Assembly (NCBI GenBank): GCA_029248185.1
Contig: JAQWJV010000046.1
Coordinates: 34,912 to 98,911 of the forward strand
Direction of reading: 5' to 3'
Length of the DNA stretch: 64,000 bases
Source: Flavobacteriaceae bacterium
GTDB lineage: Bacteria; Bacteroidota; Bacteroidia; Flavobacteriales; Flavobacteriaceae
A program made the translations under genes and the position numbers. The notes below the pieces were generated by a model. It worked only from the letters and a program-made list of their open reading frames with translations, was not told the origin of the DNA and searched no databases. Shown here in pieces: positions 1 to 10,128 of this stretch; positions within the stretch are counted from its first letter, which is position 1, and each line of letters starts with the position of its first letter.

Positions 1-127
1 CTGTTTGAAGCACAAAGTAGTAATTTGATTCAATGATTTCTTTTTTAATGATTTGCCCACATTTTTCGTCTGATTTTTGACAATTTATAAAGCAAAAACA
101 AACCAATAATAAAAGTAGCTTTCTCAT
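1..127 (-). CDS. partial CDS, putative lipoprotein (N-terminus only, continues past left edge)
   Basis: ATG at 127-125 lies 2 nt after the murF stop. The translation MRKLLLLLVCFCFINCQKSDEKCGQII... has a signal peptide with a lipobox-like FINC. It is absent from the ORF track because the window edge truncates it. Confidence 0.4.
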   Translation of the reverse strand, partial: MRKLLLLLVCFCFINCQKSDEKCGQIIKKEIIESNYYFVLQT

Positions 128-129
128 TT

Positions 130-1431
130 TTAAAATTTAGACTCAAAAAAGGGAAGTAAAGTTTCCAATTTCATTGCGCGTGACCCTTTAATTAATATTT
201 CATCAAATTCTAGTTGCAATTGGGAGTCAATGTAGTTTTTAAAGGCATCGAGGTCTTGGTGTTTATGAACGTGTACATCCTGGGTTTTAACTTTTGAAAA
301 TTGGGAGCCAATAAGATGAATTTGTGTAAGTTTAGTTTTCAAACAATAATCTAAAATATATTGATGTTCTTTTTCAGTCTCTGATCCCAATTCCATCATA
401 TCCCCCAAGATAACAGTGCTTTTTGATGAAGCGATCTTATCAAAAGCTCGAATTGCAAATTCCATACTGGTAGGATTAGCATTATAAGCATCCATCACAA
501 TAGAGGTGTTTTTTATCTTGATGATCTGTGACCTATTGTTTGTTGCTTGGTAGGATTGAATTGCAGTTTGTATTGACTCGACTTTCAGATTGTATAAGCA
601 CCCAAAAGTCACTGCAGCAGCGATATTATTAAGATTGTATGCCCCATGTAAAGCACTCGTGTAGATTTGATTATTACAATTTATTTGGAGACCACTGCTT
701 GTTTCTTCCATCGAGTGGATTTGAAAGGTGCTTTCTTTACCCTGTCCAAAACTGCTGACGGAGTAATTATTTGTTTTTTTTCTTTGTATGGGGTCATCGC
801 CGTTGATTAGAATTTTCTGATGTCGTTGCATCAAGTGCTGGTAGAGCTCAGATTTTCCCTCAATAACTCCCTCAAAACCTCCGAAACCTTCTAAATGTGC
901 TTTTCCAAAATTGGTGATATAACCCCAATTTGGTAATACAATTTCACAAAGCATTTTAATTTCTCCAATATGATTTGCCCCCATTTCAATTACGGCAATT
1001 TCATGTTCCTTTTTTAATTCTAAAAGCGTTAATGGAACTCCAATGTGATTATTGAGATTTCCTTTTGTTGCCAAAACCGTGTACTTTTTGGCGAGTACTG
1101 CTCGTATAAGTTCTTTGGTTGTTGTTTTTCCGTTGCTACCCGTTAGCCCAATAATTGGAGTATTTAATTGTATTCTATGGTGAGCAGCTAATTTTTGTAA
1201 CGTGATTAATGTATCCTCAACAACCACTACATTGGAGCCTAATTTTTTTAGTTTGGCATCGTCTACGACAATTGCAATTGCACCTTGATCCAATGCCTTT
1301 TCAGCAAATAAATTCCCATCAAAATTTTCACCCTTTAGCGCAAAAAAGAGAGCTTTCTTTTTTAAAGTTCTTGTGTCTGTTGAAATCCCTGCAGACCCTA
1401 AGAAAAGCGAATATAATTTTTGTATTTGCAT
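130..1431 (-). CDS. murF: UDP-N-acetylmuramoyl-tripeptide--D-alanyl-D-alanine ligase
   Basis: Mur-ligase P-loop GLTGSNGKTTTKE and N-terminal ISTDTR motif. The start is probably ATG 1431 (MQIQKLY...), because the ORF-track start at 1446 falls inside the gldJ terminator hairpin. Confidence 0.9.
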   Translation of the reverse strand: MQIQKLYSLFLGSAGISTDTRTLKKKALFFALKGENFDGNLFAEKALDQGAIAIVVDDAKLKKLGSNVVVVEDTLITLQKLAAHHRIQLNTPIIGLTGSNGKTTTKELIRAVLAKKYTVLATKGNLNNHIGVPLTLLELKKEHEIAVIEMGANHIGEIKMLCEIVLPNWGYITNFGKAHLEGFGGFEGVIEGKSELYQHLMQRHQKILINGDDPIQRKKTNNYSVSSFGQGKESTFQIHSMEETSSGLQINCNNQIYTSALHGAYNLNNIAAAVTFGCLYNLKVESIQTAIQSYQATNNRSQIIKIKNTSIVMDAYNANPTSMEFAIRAFDKIASSKSTVILGDMMELGSETEKEHQYILDYCLKTKLTQIHLIGSQFSKVKTQDVHVHKHQDLDAFKNYIDSQLQLEFDEILIKGSRAMKLETLLPFFESKF

Positions 1432-1440
1432 AGAACAAAA

Positions 1441-1465
1441 AAGCATCTTAAATAATAAGATGCTT
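1441..1465 (-). terminator. rho-independent terminator candidate after gldJ
   Basis: Perfect 10-bp inverted repeat AAGCATCTTA / TAAGATGCTT with a 5-nt loop. On the minus strand it is followed by TTTTGTTC. It begins 15 nt downstream of the gldJ stop. Confidence 0.6.
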
Positions 1466-1479
1466 GATGATGATTTTTG

Positions 1480-3150
1480 TTATCCTTGTCTTTTGTGCCG
1501 TGCACTTTTCTTGACACGGCTTTTAGATCCTACTCTAGACATTGCACATCTAAATCCAATACTTTCTGTTGCAATGTATTGCGGTAGATAACGCCTTTGT
1601 GCGGGATCTAACCAATAAGCTCTGTCTTTCCATGAGCCTCCTTTGTAAACCCTCACCTCATCTGTGATAAGTGTTGTTCTTTTATCAGATTTATCAATTG
1701 ATCTAACGGCATTTCCTTCTTCATCTAATGTGACTTTAGCATTTACGGGTGCGTCATACATTAGCTTAGTTTCTAATTTTGAATCACTTCCGTCCTCAGG
1801 TCTTCCATTTGAATAGTTTCTAGAAGATTCAACATCACCATCTCTATAATTTCTATTATCACTTTCAGAGAAATTTTGACGCAAGAAGGTTTCTTCTTCA
1901 TCTATCGCTACTTGATCTAAATCACCAGGCAGTCTTTTTAAAAGTACTTTTCCATTGGGTAAGGTATCAAAGACAAGTTGATCTGGAGATATTATTTGTG
2001 CTTTGCCATCTTCTCCAATAACATTTTTTAAATATACATTCCCACGATAATAATTGAAATCATTTGCTTCATCATCAACAATCGGTCGGTAAACGTCGGC
2101 TACCCATTCGGAAACGTTTCCTGCCATATCGTAGATTCCAAAATCATTTGGAGGGTATTGTTTCACTTGGATGGTAATATCTGCACCATCGTCTGACCAG
2201 CCAGCAATTCCACCGTAATCTCCTTTACCGAGTTTAAAATTCGCTAATTGATCACCTTCTGTTCTTCGATCACTGGAACGTGTGTATTCCCCTGACCACG
2301 GATATTTCTTTTTTCCTCTGTAGGTGTTATATTCCCGATCACCTACTAAGGCTAAAGCTGCATATTCCCATTCGGTTTCGGTGGGAAGTCGATAAGAAGG
2401 CAATAATAATCCTTTTTCAACCCCAGCATAAACATTTACGGTAGCTGTATCTCTTTTGACGGTTCCATTCTTACCGGCCAAACTATCAATTTTACCACCA
2501 TAGACCGTTTCAGGACGCTTCAAGTAAGCGGCTGTATTGAATGTACTATTTGCATCAATCTCATTGTAACGAACATCCTTTTGTACATAGGATTCGCGTT
2601 CTAAAATGTATTCATTTACACGGTCTGTTCTCCATTCCGCATATTGCACTGCTTGAAGCCAGTTGACACCCACTACAGGATACTCCGCATAGGCGGGATG
2701 GCGCAAGTAATTTGTGGTTAATTCTTCAACATAGCCTAGTTGATTTCTCCAAACCAGTGTGTCAGGAAGAGCACCTTCATAAATTTGACGGTATCGGGTT
2801 TCGTTTGTTGGAAAAACGATTTCTAACCAATTCAAGTATTCCATATACATTAAATTGGTCACCTCAGTTTGGTCAATGTAAAAGGACATCACATGCTGTT
2901 TGTTTGGTGTATTGTTCCAATCATGCATAACATCATCTTGCACTTGTCCTTTTGTAAAAGTTCCTCCTTCAACAAAAACTAAACCGGGACCCGTTTCTTG
3001 TTCATCAAAGTCTATGTTGTATTGAAAACCTCCTTTTTTGGAATTAATTTCCCAGCCTGTACCACGAGAAGTGTTATTTCCTCCACAACTTACGAGTAAT
3101 AGGGTAAGAGCAACTGTGGATAATAAATGTTTTAAATGACTCACTTTCAT
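1480..3150 (-). CDS. gldJ: gliding motility lipoprotein GldJ (SUMF1/FGE-fold)
   Basis: Lipoprotein signal LLLVSCGG. FGE/SUMF1-type motifs GNVSEWVADVY, RVYKGGSWKDRAYW and GFRCAMS. Its size and its position divergent from porV fit GldJ. Start moved to ATG 3150 (MKVSHLK...). Confidence 0.8.
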   Translation of the reverse strand: MKVSHLKHLLSTVALTLLLVSCGGNNTSRGTGWEINSKKGGFQYNIDFDEQETGPGLVFVEGGTFTKGQVQDDVMHDWNNTPNKQHVMSFYIDQTEVTNLMYMEYLNWLEIVFPTNETRYRQIYEGALPDTLVWRNQLGYVEELTTNYLRHPAYAEYPVVGVNWLQAVQYAEWRTDRVNEYILERESYVQKDVRYNEIDANSTFNTAAYLKRPETVYGGKIDSLAGKNGTVKRDTATVNVYAGVEKGLLLPSYRLPTETEWEYAALALVGDREYNTYRGKKKYPWSGEYTRSSDRRTEGDQLANFKLGKGDYGGIAGWSDDGADITIQVKQYPPNDFGIYDMAGNVSEWVADVYRPIVDDEANDFNYYRGNVYLKNVIGEDGKAQIISPDQLVFDTLPNGKVLLKRLPGDLDQVAIDEEETFLRQNFSESDNRNYRDGDVESSRNYSNGRPEDGSDSKLETKLMYDAPVNAKVTLDEEGNAVRSIDKSDKRTTLITDEVRVYKGGSWKDRAYWLDPAQRRYLPQYIATESIGFRCAMSRVGSKSRVKKSARHKRQG

Positions 3151-3351
3151 ATAGTTCGTTAATGTTTCTAAAACGTATTGCAATATACAAATAATCAATG
3201 TTTGAGTTTAAAGATGTTTGAAAAATTTTTAACAACCTGAAACTAAACATTAAACGCATTAAACTTCAAAATATTGTATAGAAATGAATGAGTTTATTTT
3301 TTTAATAAATCGGCATAACATTTCAATGGAATTAGCGTTATAATTAGTGCA

Positions 3352-4530
3352 ATGAACTTAAAAAAAGTAATTCGTTTAACAGGAGTTGTTTTTCTGCTTG
3401 GAGCCTTTTTCTCTTCGGGACAGAACTCCAATCGAGTCATAACTACTGGTGTCCCTTTTTTAATGATCACTCCTGATGCGCGTGCTGCGGGAATGGGAGA
3501 TTTAGGAGTGGCAACACCGGCAGATGCATATTCACAACAATGGAACCCGGCAAAGTATGCTTTTATATCCTCAGAAAAAGCATTGGGATTTAGTTACACT
3601 CCCTATCTCAGTAAGCTGGTCGATGATATTTTTTTAGGAAGTATAACCTACTATAATCGCGTAAATGAAAGAAGTTCTTGGGCTACTAGCTTAAAATATT
3701 TTAGCCTTGGAGACATCCAATTTAACGAATTTATAGGAGGCTCTATTGTGGACCAAGGTTTAGAAAGACCCTCAGAGCTCACTCTGGATGTTTCTTATGC
3801 GTTGAAACTTAGTGAAACTTTTTCAATGGCTGTGGCTGGACGTTATATCCGATCGGATTTAAAAATTGCAACCGATGCCGATACTTCTTCAGCGAATTCG
3901 GTAGGTGTTGATGTTGCTGGATTTTTTGAAAGTGAAGTTTTTGACTTGGGTGCAAATGATGCTGTTTTTAGAGGAGGGATTAATGTTTCAAATATTGGAC
4001 CTCGTTTAGTTTATGATATCGGAGGACAAAAAAGCTTCATTCCAACTAATCTTAAAATAGGTTTCGGTTTGGACCTTCTTTTTGATGCAAGTAATGTCTT
4101 AGGGATTTACACCGAATTCAACAAGTTATTGGTTCCTACTCCAGCAGCAGTATATGACGACGATTTCGTTTTAACAGGATATAATCAACCGGATATAGAT
4201 TTTTTAAAAGGAATTTTCACCTCCTTTAGCGACGCTCCAGGAGGAACCTCAGAGGAACTAAAAGAAATTACAGCCGCAATCGGTTTGGAATATCGTTTTG
4301 AAGATTCATTTTCTATAAGAACGGGTTATTTTAATGAAAGTAAAGATAAAGGAGCGCGTCGTTATCTAACGATGGGTGCTGGTTTTGATATTAAAAACTT
4401 GGATATAGATATTTCGTATTTATTTTCAACCTCTAATGTTCGAAATCCTTTAGAAAATACCATACGTTTTTCTCTGACCTTAGATATTGGAAGTTATCCT
4501 GTTACTGCTCAGGAGGAAGTGCAGGACTAG
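3352..4530 (+). CDS. porV: type IX secretion outer-membrane protein PorV
   Basis: Signal peptide plus the PorV hallmark VPFLMITPDARAAGMGDLGVA. The remainder is beta-barrel-like. Confidence 0.8.
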   Translation: MNLKKVIRLTGVVFLLGAFFSSGQNSNRVITTGVPFLMITPDARAAGMGDLGVATPADAYSQQWNPAKYAFISSEKALGFSYTPYLSKLVDDIFLGSITYYNRVNERSSWATSLKYFSLGDIQFNEFIGGSIVDQGLERPSELTLDVSYALKLSETFSMAVAGRYIRSDLKIATDADTSSANSVGVDVAGFFESEVFDLGANDAVFRGGINVSNIGPRLVYDIGGQKSFIPTNLKIGFGLDLLFDASNVLGIYTEFNKLLVPTPAAVYDDDFVLTGYNQPDIDFLKGIFTSFSDAPGGTSEELKEITAAIGLEYRFEDSFSIRTGYFNESKDKGARRYLTMGAGFDIKNLDIDISYLFSTSNVRNPLENTIRFSLTLDIGSYPVTAQEEVQD

Positions 4531-4591
4531 TATTCTGAATATTTGAAAGAATAATTAATGAGGATTATTTTACTCATAGAACATAATTGAG

Positions 4592-4599
4592 TAATTTTG
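4592..4599 (+). promoter_or_regulatory. Bacteroidota -7 box (TAnnTTTG) candidate for pdhA
   Basis: TAATTTTG lies 33 nt upstream of the pdhA ATG. No clear -33 TTG element. Confidence 0.3.
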
Positions 4600-4632
4600 G
4601 CATTCGATATTAGAAATATTTAGTAGGTTTTT

Positions 4633-5631
4633 ATGAAGAAAATAACAAAACAAACGTATTTGGATTGGTATGAAAATATGCTTTTCTGGAGAAAGTTTGA
4701 AGATAAATTAGCCGCGGTTTACATTCAACAAAAAGTCAGAGGATTTTTACATTTATATAATGGTCAGGAAGCCGTTTTGGCAGGTTCTCTCCATGCAATG
4801 GAGATTGGAAAAGACCGTATGATTACAGCTTATAGAAATCACGTACAGCCCATAGGAATGGGAGTAGATCCCAAGCGTGTCATGGCTGAACTTTATGGAA
4901 AGGCTACAGGTACTTCTCAAGGTTTGGGAGGATCGATGCATATTTTTTCTAAAGAATTTAAATTTCATGGAGGTCATGGAATCGTAGGGGGACAAATTCC
5001 CCTAGGTGCTGGAATGGCCTTTGGAGATAAATATTTCGAACGCGACAATGTAACTCTTTGTTTTTTAGGAGACGGAGCTGCCCGTCAAGGGTCACTCCAT
5101 GAAACCCTAAATTTGGCAATGTTATGGGAATTACCCGTTGTCTTTGTCGTTGAAAATAATGGTTATGCGATGGGAACTTCGGTTGCAAGAACGGCAAATC
5201 ACGAAGAAATTTGGAAATTAGGATTAGGGTACAATATGCCCTGTGAGCCTTGTGACGGAATGGACCCTGTAGCAGTAGCCAAAGTAATGGACAAGGCCAT
5301 AAGTTTGGCAAGATCAGGGGGAGGCCCTTCATTTATCGAAATGAAAACCTACCGTTACAGAGGGCATTCGATGTCTGATGCTCAACATTACAGAACAAAA
5401 GACGAAGTTGAGGAGTATCGTAAAATTGATCCGATATCCCAAGTGAAAGAGATTATTTTGTCAAAAAAATATGCAACTCAAAGCGAATTAGATCAAGTGG
5501 ATAAGTCGATCAAAGAACGCGTTTTGGAATGTGAAAAATTTGCAGAATCTTCACCCTATCCAGATTTAAGTTTAATGTACGATGCGGTTTACGAACAAGA
5601 AGATTATCCTTTTATAAAACACAAATTATAG
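4633..5631 (+). CDS. pdhA: pyruvate dehydrogenase E1 component subunit alpha
   Basis: ThDP-binding motif GDGAARQGSLHETLNLAMLWELPVVFVVENNGYAMGT. Confidence 0.9.
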   Translation: MKKITKQTYLDWYENMLFWRKFEDKLAAVYIQQKVRGFLHLYNGQEAVLAGSLHAMEIGKDRMITAYRNHVQPIGMGVDPKRVMAELYGKATGTSQGLGGSMHIFSKEFKFHGGHGIVGGQIPLGAGMAFGDKYFERDNVTLCFLGDGAARQGSLHETLNLAMLWELPVVFVVENNGYAMGTSVARTANHEEIWKLGLGYNMPCEPCDGMDPVAVAKVMDKAISLARSGGGPSFIEMKTYRYRGHSMSDAQHYRTKDEVEEYRKIDPISQVKEIILSKKYATQSELDQVDKSIKERVLECEKFAESSPYPDLSLMYDAVYEQEDYPFIKHKL

Positions 5632-5634
5632 AGT

Positions 5635-7233
5635 ATGGCGGAAATAATTAATATGCCAAGGTTGAGCGATACCATGGAAGAAGGGACTGTTGCTAAATGG
5701 TTCAAAAAAGTGGGTGATAAGATTAATGAAGGGGATATTCTTGCAGAAATTGAAACTGACAAAGCCACAATGGAATTTGAATCTTTCAATGAAGGGGAGT
5801 TGCTTCATATTGGAATTCAAGAAGGAGGAACTGCACCTGTAGATACGCTACTTGCTATCATTGGTGAAAAAGGAGAGGACATCTCATCTTTACTCCATGG
5901 CTATGCTGATGCATCAGCTTCTGAGCAAAGTGTTTCAGAAACCGTAAATTCCAGTGAAGAAACTACTCCAACTGAAAATATAGCAATGCCTGAAGGGGCA
6001 GAACTCATTACCATGCCTCGATTGAGTGATACCATGGAAGAGGGAACAGTTGCAACTTGGAATAAAAAAGTAGGAGATACCGTCAATGAAGGAGATATTT
6101 TAGCTGAAATCGAAACAGACAAAGCTACAATGGAATTTGAATCCTTTTATCAAGGGACCTTGTTGTATATAGGATTACAAGAAGGTGAATCTGCTCCAGT
6201 AGACAGTGTCTTAGCGATCATTGGTGAAAAAGGAACTGATGTTGAGACCGTTTTGGCAGCTCACGGGAATCAAGCTGAACCTGCACCCAAAGTCGCAGAA
6301 GCTGTGGTTGAAAAAGTTGAAGCTCCTAAAGCTGAAGTTAAGCCAACACCTATTGCAGCCCCCTCCGTTATTTCTTCTGGATCTGGAAGAGTCATTGCTT
6401 CTCCGTTAGCAAAGAAACTAGCGGCTGAAAAAGGAGTGAACCTAAATCAGGTTAAGGGCTCAGGGGACCATGGTAGAATTATTAAAAGAGATATAGATAA
6501 TTTTCAGCCTCAGCAAGGAGGTGCTGCACAAGCTTTTGTTCGAAGTGGAACAGAGTCTGTTACGGTAATCGCTAATTCTCAAATGCGAAAAACAATCGCA
6601 AAAAGATTATCTGCTTCCAAGTTTTCAGCGCCACATTATTACTTAGGAGTTGAGTTTGATATGGATAATGCGATTTCGTTTAGAGAACAATATAATGGAT
6701 TGCCTGATACCAAAATTTCATTTAATGATATTGTAGTAAAAGCTTCTGCACACGCATTGATCCAACATCCACAAGTAAATGGGAAGTGGGAAGAAAATCA
6801 GATTACTCAGCACCACCACGTACATGTTGGGGTGGCTGTAGCGGTCGAGGATGGTTTGGTAGTTCCTGTTGTTAAATTTACAAATGAACTCACTCTTCCT
6901 CAAATCGGTGCTACGGTGAAAGATTATGCGATACGTGCTCGTGATAAAAAATTAACCCCTGCTGAAATGGATGGGAGTACATTCACAATTTCTAACCTTG
7001 GAATGTTTGGTATTCAAGAGTTTACCTCTATCATCAATCAACCCAATGGAGCTATTTTGTCTGTAGGTGCGATCGTTCAGAAACCAGTTGTCAAGAATGG
7101 AAATATTGTTGTTGGAAATACAATGAAGTTAACCTTAGCTTGCGATCATCGTGTGGTAGATGGAGCTACTGGCGCACAATTTTTACAAACATTAAGAGGA
7201 TTTGTGGAGAATCCAATCACGATGCTTCTCTAA
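5635..7233 (+). CDS. pdhC: dihydrolipoamide acetyltransferase (E2) with two lipoyl domains
   Basis: Two tandem lipoyl domains, each with EIETDKATMEFESF (about 5635-5875 and 6001-6235, clearly similar at DNA level). Subunit-binding domain ASPLAKKLAAEKGVNL. Catalytic motif CDHRVVDGA. Confidence 0.9.
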   Translation: MAEIINMPRLSDTMEEGTVAKWFKKVGDKINEGDILAEIETDKATMEFESFNEGELLHIGIQEGGTAPVDTLLAIIGEKGEDISSLLHGYADASASEQSVSETVNSSEETTPTENIAMPEGAELITMPRLSDTMEEGTVATWNKKVGDTVNEGDILAEIETDKATMEFESFYQGTLLYIGLQEGESAPVDSVLAIIGEKGTDVETVLAAHGNQAEPAPKVAEAVVEKVEAPKAEVKPTPIAAPSVISSGSGRVIASPLAKKLAAEKGVNLNQVKGSGDHGRIIKRDIDNFQPQQGGAAQAFVRSGTESVTVIANSQMRKTIAKRLSASKFSAPHYYLGVEFDMDNAISFREQYNGLPDTKISFNDIVVKASAHALIQHPQVNGKWEENQITQHHHVHVGVAVAVEDGLVVPVVKFTNELTLPQIGATVKDYAIRARDKKLTPAEMDGSTFTISNLGMFGIQEFTSIINQPNGAILSVGAIVQKPVVKNGNIVVGNTMKLTLACDHRVVDGATGAQFLQTLRGFVENPITMLL

Positions 7234-7275
7234 GTACGTTTTTATCTAGGGGAATTTTTCAATACCTTATAATTT

Positions 7276-7953
7276 ATGAAAAAGACTTTTGTTGTCACTG
7301 GGGCCAGTAGAGGAATAGGCTTTGATTTAGTAAAGCATATCGCAGCAAAGGGGCACACAGTCTTTGCACTTTCACGTAACCTTAAAAGCTTGCAGACGGA
7401 AGAAATGATTCATCCGGTTAGTCTTGATATCACGGATGAAAAGGCACTAGAGAATTTTGCAAAAAAACTGAGGGCAGACAATATTGTGATTGATGCATTG
7501 ATCAATAATGCAGGAGCACTTTTGAATAAGCCTTTTAGTGAAACATCAAAAGAGGATTTCGAAACTATTTATGGAGTAAATGTGTTTGGGCTTGCCTCTC
7601 TTACTCGATTGTTATTACCTTTAATAGCTTTAGACGGGCATGTGGTAAACATTAGCAGTATGGGAGGAATTGGAGGAAGTTCGAAATTTCCAGGTTTGGC
7701 TGCCTATAGCAGCAGTAAGGGTGCGGTCAATATCCTTACCGAATTGTTGGCAGAGGAATACAAAGAAACGGGTCCCGCATTTAATACCCTAGCTCTGGGC
7801 GCTGTACAAACCGAGATGTTAGCACAGGCTTTTCCTGGGGTTATGGCTCCGCTTAGTGCAATGGAAATGGCTGAATATATCTTTAAGTTTTCTTTGGAAG
7901 GACAGCAGTTTTTTAACGGTAAAGTACTCCCTGTATCTTCCTCAACCCCCTAA
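7276..7953 (+). CDS. short-chain dehydrogenase/reductase (SDR)
   Basis: Rossmann motif TGASRGIG and catalytic YSSSK. Confidence 0.85.
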   Translation: MKKTFVVTGASRGIGFDLVKHIAAKGHTVFALSRNLKSLQTEEMIHPVSLDITDEKALENFAKKLRADNIVIDALINNAGALLNKPFSETSKEDFETIYGVNVFGLASLTRLLLPLIALDGHVVNISSMGGIGGSSKFPGLAAYSSSKGAVNILTELLAEEYKETGPAFNTLALGAVQTEMLAQAFPGVMAPLSAMEMAEYIFKFSLEGQQFFNGKVLPVSSSTP

Positions 7954-7964
7954 ATTAAAAGGGA

Positions 7965-8555
7965 ATGGACACACTTCTGACCTATGTTCCTAAAGCTGCG
8001 CAGGCTCAAATTAAATTGTTGCTTGAAGAGTCACAGATAGAAGTCCTGGTTACCAAACAAAGGTTAAGTAAACACGGTGATTTTAGATTTTATCCGAATA
8101 AAAACCCGATTATAACGGTAAACAATTCACTGAACCCTTTTCGTTTTTTAATTACACTTCTTCATGAGCTAGCTCATTTTAGAGTCTCAAAACAATATGG
8201 AAATAAAGTCAAGCCCCATGGACCAGAATGGAAACAAGCATATCGAGAAACTTTATTACCCTTTTTAAATCCTTCGGTTTTTCCAGATCCAATTTGTTCC
8301 ATTTTGGCAAAACATATGAAGAACCCTAAGGCTAGCACAGATAGAGATTTTGATTTAGTGATGGCACTAAAGGGGTATGATGAGAATTGCGAAAGGACTT
8401 ATATTTTTGAAATTGAAGACGGATTAATATTTTCAATCTCAAATGGTCGGCGTTTTGAAAAAATCAAAAAGAGAAGAAAACGAATTGAATGTAGGGAAAT
8501 TGAAACGGGTAAAATTTACCTTTTCAGTCCTCATGCTGAGGTGATTCTTGAGTAG
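7965..8555 (+). CDS. SprT-like zinc metalloprotease domain protein
   Basis: HELAH (HExxH) motif in a roughly 190-aa protein of SprT-like size and layout. Confidence 0.55.
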   Translation: MDTLLTYVPKAAQAQIKLLLEESQIEVLVTKQRLSKHGDFRFYPNKNPIITVNNSLNPFRFLITLLHELAHFRVSKQYGNKVKPHGPEWKQAYRETLLPFLNPSVFPDPICSILAKHMKNPKASTDRDFDLVMALKGYDENCERTYIFEIEDGLIFSISNGRRFEKIKKRRKRIECREIETGKIYLFSPHAEVILE

Positions 8556-9318
8556 TTTCTTCTTTTAAATAAACTTCGCGTACTTTTTTGAATAAATCAG
8601 AAGAATAAACAAAATCGGAAACGGCTTTGTTTTCCGTATGGAATATATCTTTATTTGAACCTTCCCACGCTTTTTTACCTTGCTTCAAAAAGATGATTTT
8701 CTCACCAATTTCCATTACTGAATTCATGTCATGGGTATTAATGACTGTCGTAATCTGATATTCGTCGGTAATTTCTTGAATTAAATTATCTATTAGTATG
8801 GCTGTTTTAGGGTCAAGACCTGAATTAGGTTCGTCACAAAATAAATATTTGGGATTCATAATGATGGCTCGAGCAATGGCTACCCTCTTTTTCATTCCTC
8901 CTGAAATTTCATCAGGAAACTTAGTATTGGCGTCAATCAAATTCACTCTTTTGATCGCAATATTCGCTCTGTCTCTTATCTCACTGTTCACTTTTTTGGT
9001 AAACATTTGCATAGGAAACATAATATTTTCTTCAACGGTCATCGAGTCAAACAATGCGCTCCCTTGGAAAACCATTCCTATTTCTTGTCGAAGAACACTT
9101 CGTTCTATAATTGACATTTCTTTAAGCATTTTATCTTCAAAATGAATACTTCCGGAATCAATTTTAAAAAGACCTAGCAGGCATTTAAGGAATACGGTTT
9201 TTCCCGATCCACTTTGACCAATAATTAAATTTGTCTTTCCTTTTTTAAACTGAGTAGAGATGCCTTTTAAAATCTCAATATCATCAAATGATTTTCTTAA
9301 ATTTTCTACACGAATCAT
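8524..9318 (-). CDS. ABC transporter ATP-binding protein (MlaF-like)
   Basis: Walker A GQSGSGKT, signature ISGGMKKR and Walker B LFCDEPNSGLD. Abuts the MlaE-like permease gene. Confidence 0.85.
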   Translation of the reverse strand: MIRVENLRKSFDDIEILKGISTQFKKGKTNLIIGQSGSGKTVFLKCLLGLFKIDSGSIHFEDKMLKEMSIIERSVLRQEIGMVFQGSALFDSMTVEENIMFPMQMFTKKVNSEIRDRANIAIKRVNLIDANTKFPDEISGGMKKRVAIARAIIMNPKYLFCDEPNSGLDPKTAILIDNLIQEITDEYQITTVINTHDMNSVMEIGEKIIFLKQGKKAWEGSNKDIFHTENKAVSDFVYSSDLFKKVREVYLKEETTQESPQHED

Positions 9319-10056
9319 CTAGGTAAGTAATAATTGAGTTATAAGATAGTTTAAAAGAATAATAACCACACTGGTCCAAACAAATGAAACCGTACTTGCT
9401 TTTCCTACCTCTAGCGCTCCTCCAGTCATGTAATACCCATGGTATGCGGGTATGGTCGCTAAAATAAATGAAAAAAATAAAGTTTTTATAAAAGCATAGG
9501 TGATGTGAAAGGGAATGAAATCCATTTGAATTCCTTCAATATAATCGGCACTTGTAGCAAAACCACCATATACTGCAGCCATAAAGCCCCCAAAAATTCC
9601 CAAAAACATCGATATACAAATAACCAAGGGAAAAAGGGATAAGGAAACTATTTTTGGAAAGATTAAATAGTTGTGGGTATTGATTCCCATGACTTCTAAT
9701 GCATCAATTTGTTCGGTAACACGCATTGTTCCAATACTTGATGTGATGTATGAGCCTACTTTACCTGCCATAATGATGGAAATAAAAGTAGGAGCAAATT
9801 CCAGAATAATGGATTGTCGTGCAGCAAAACCAATGAGGTTTTTAGGTAATAAAGGATTCTCTAGATTTAAAGCGGTTTGAATGGCAACAACCCCACCAAC
9901 AAAAAAAGAAATAAAAGACACAATTCCTAAAGAACCAATGATTAGGGTATCTATATCTTTTAAAATCAGCTGCTTAAGGATCTTCCATTTGGTAAATTTA
10001 CCAAAGGTCAGCTTAAGCATTATAAAGTAACTTCCAATGTGTGTAAGGATTTTCAT
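9319..10056 (-). CDS. ABC transporter permease (MlaE/YrbE family)
   Basis: Polytopic membrane protein with the MlaE-type string GTMRVTEQIDALEVMGIN. Confidence 0.8.
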   Translation of the reverse strand: MKILTHIGSYFIMLKLTFGKFTKWKILKQLILKDIDTLIIGSLGIVSFISFFVGGVVAIQTALNLENPLLPKNLIGFAARQSIILEFAPTFISIIMAGKVGSYITSSIGTMRVTEQIDALEVMGINTHNYLIFPKIVSLSLFPLVICISMFLGIFGGFMAAVYGGFATSADYIEGIQMDFIPFHITYAFIKTLFFSFILATIPAYHGYYMTGGALEVGKASTVSFVWTSVVIILLNYLITQLLLT

Positions 10057-10128
10057 ACCCTTTCAAAGGTAAGGATTTAAAGTTTATTGAGTCCTTTGGA
10101 ACGATGAATTTAGTCTCTATTGTGGATC

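Noticed and set aside
1209-1591. Plus-strand ORFs 1209-1433 and 1373-1591 across the murF/gldJ boundary
   Set aside because: They are antisense to well-supported genes and span the terminator hairpin. No motifs are present.
5635-6235. Internal DNA duplication in pdhC (two lipoyl domains) and absence of an E1-beta gene next to pdhA
   Set aside because: Tandem lipoyl domains are normal for E2 proteins. As far as I recall, a separately located pdhB is usual in this phylum.
8524-8555. 32-bp convergent overlap of the SprT-like and ABC ATPase coding ends
   Set aside because: Both stops are unambiguous, so the overlap is real. However, short convergent overlaps are common, and nothing suggests a function.
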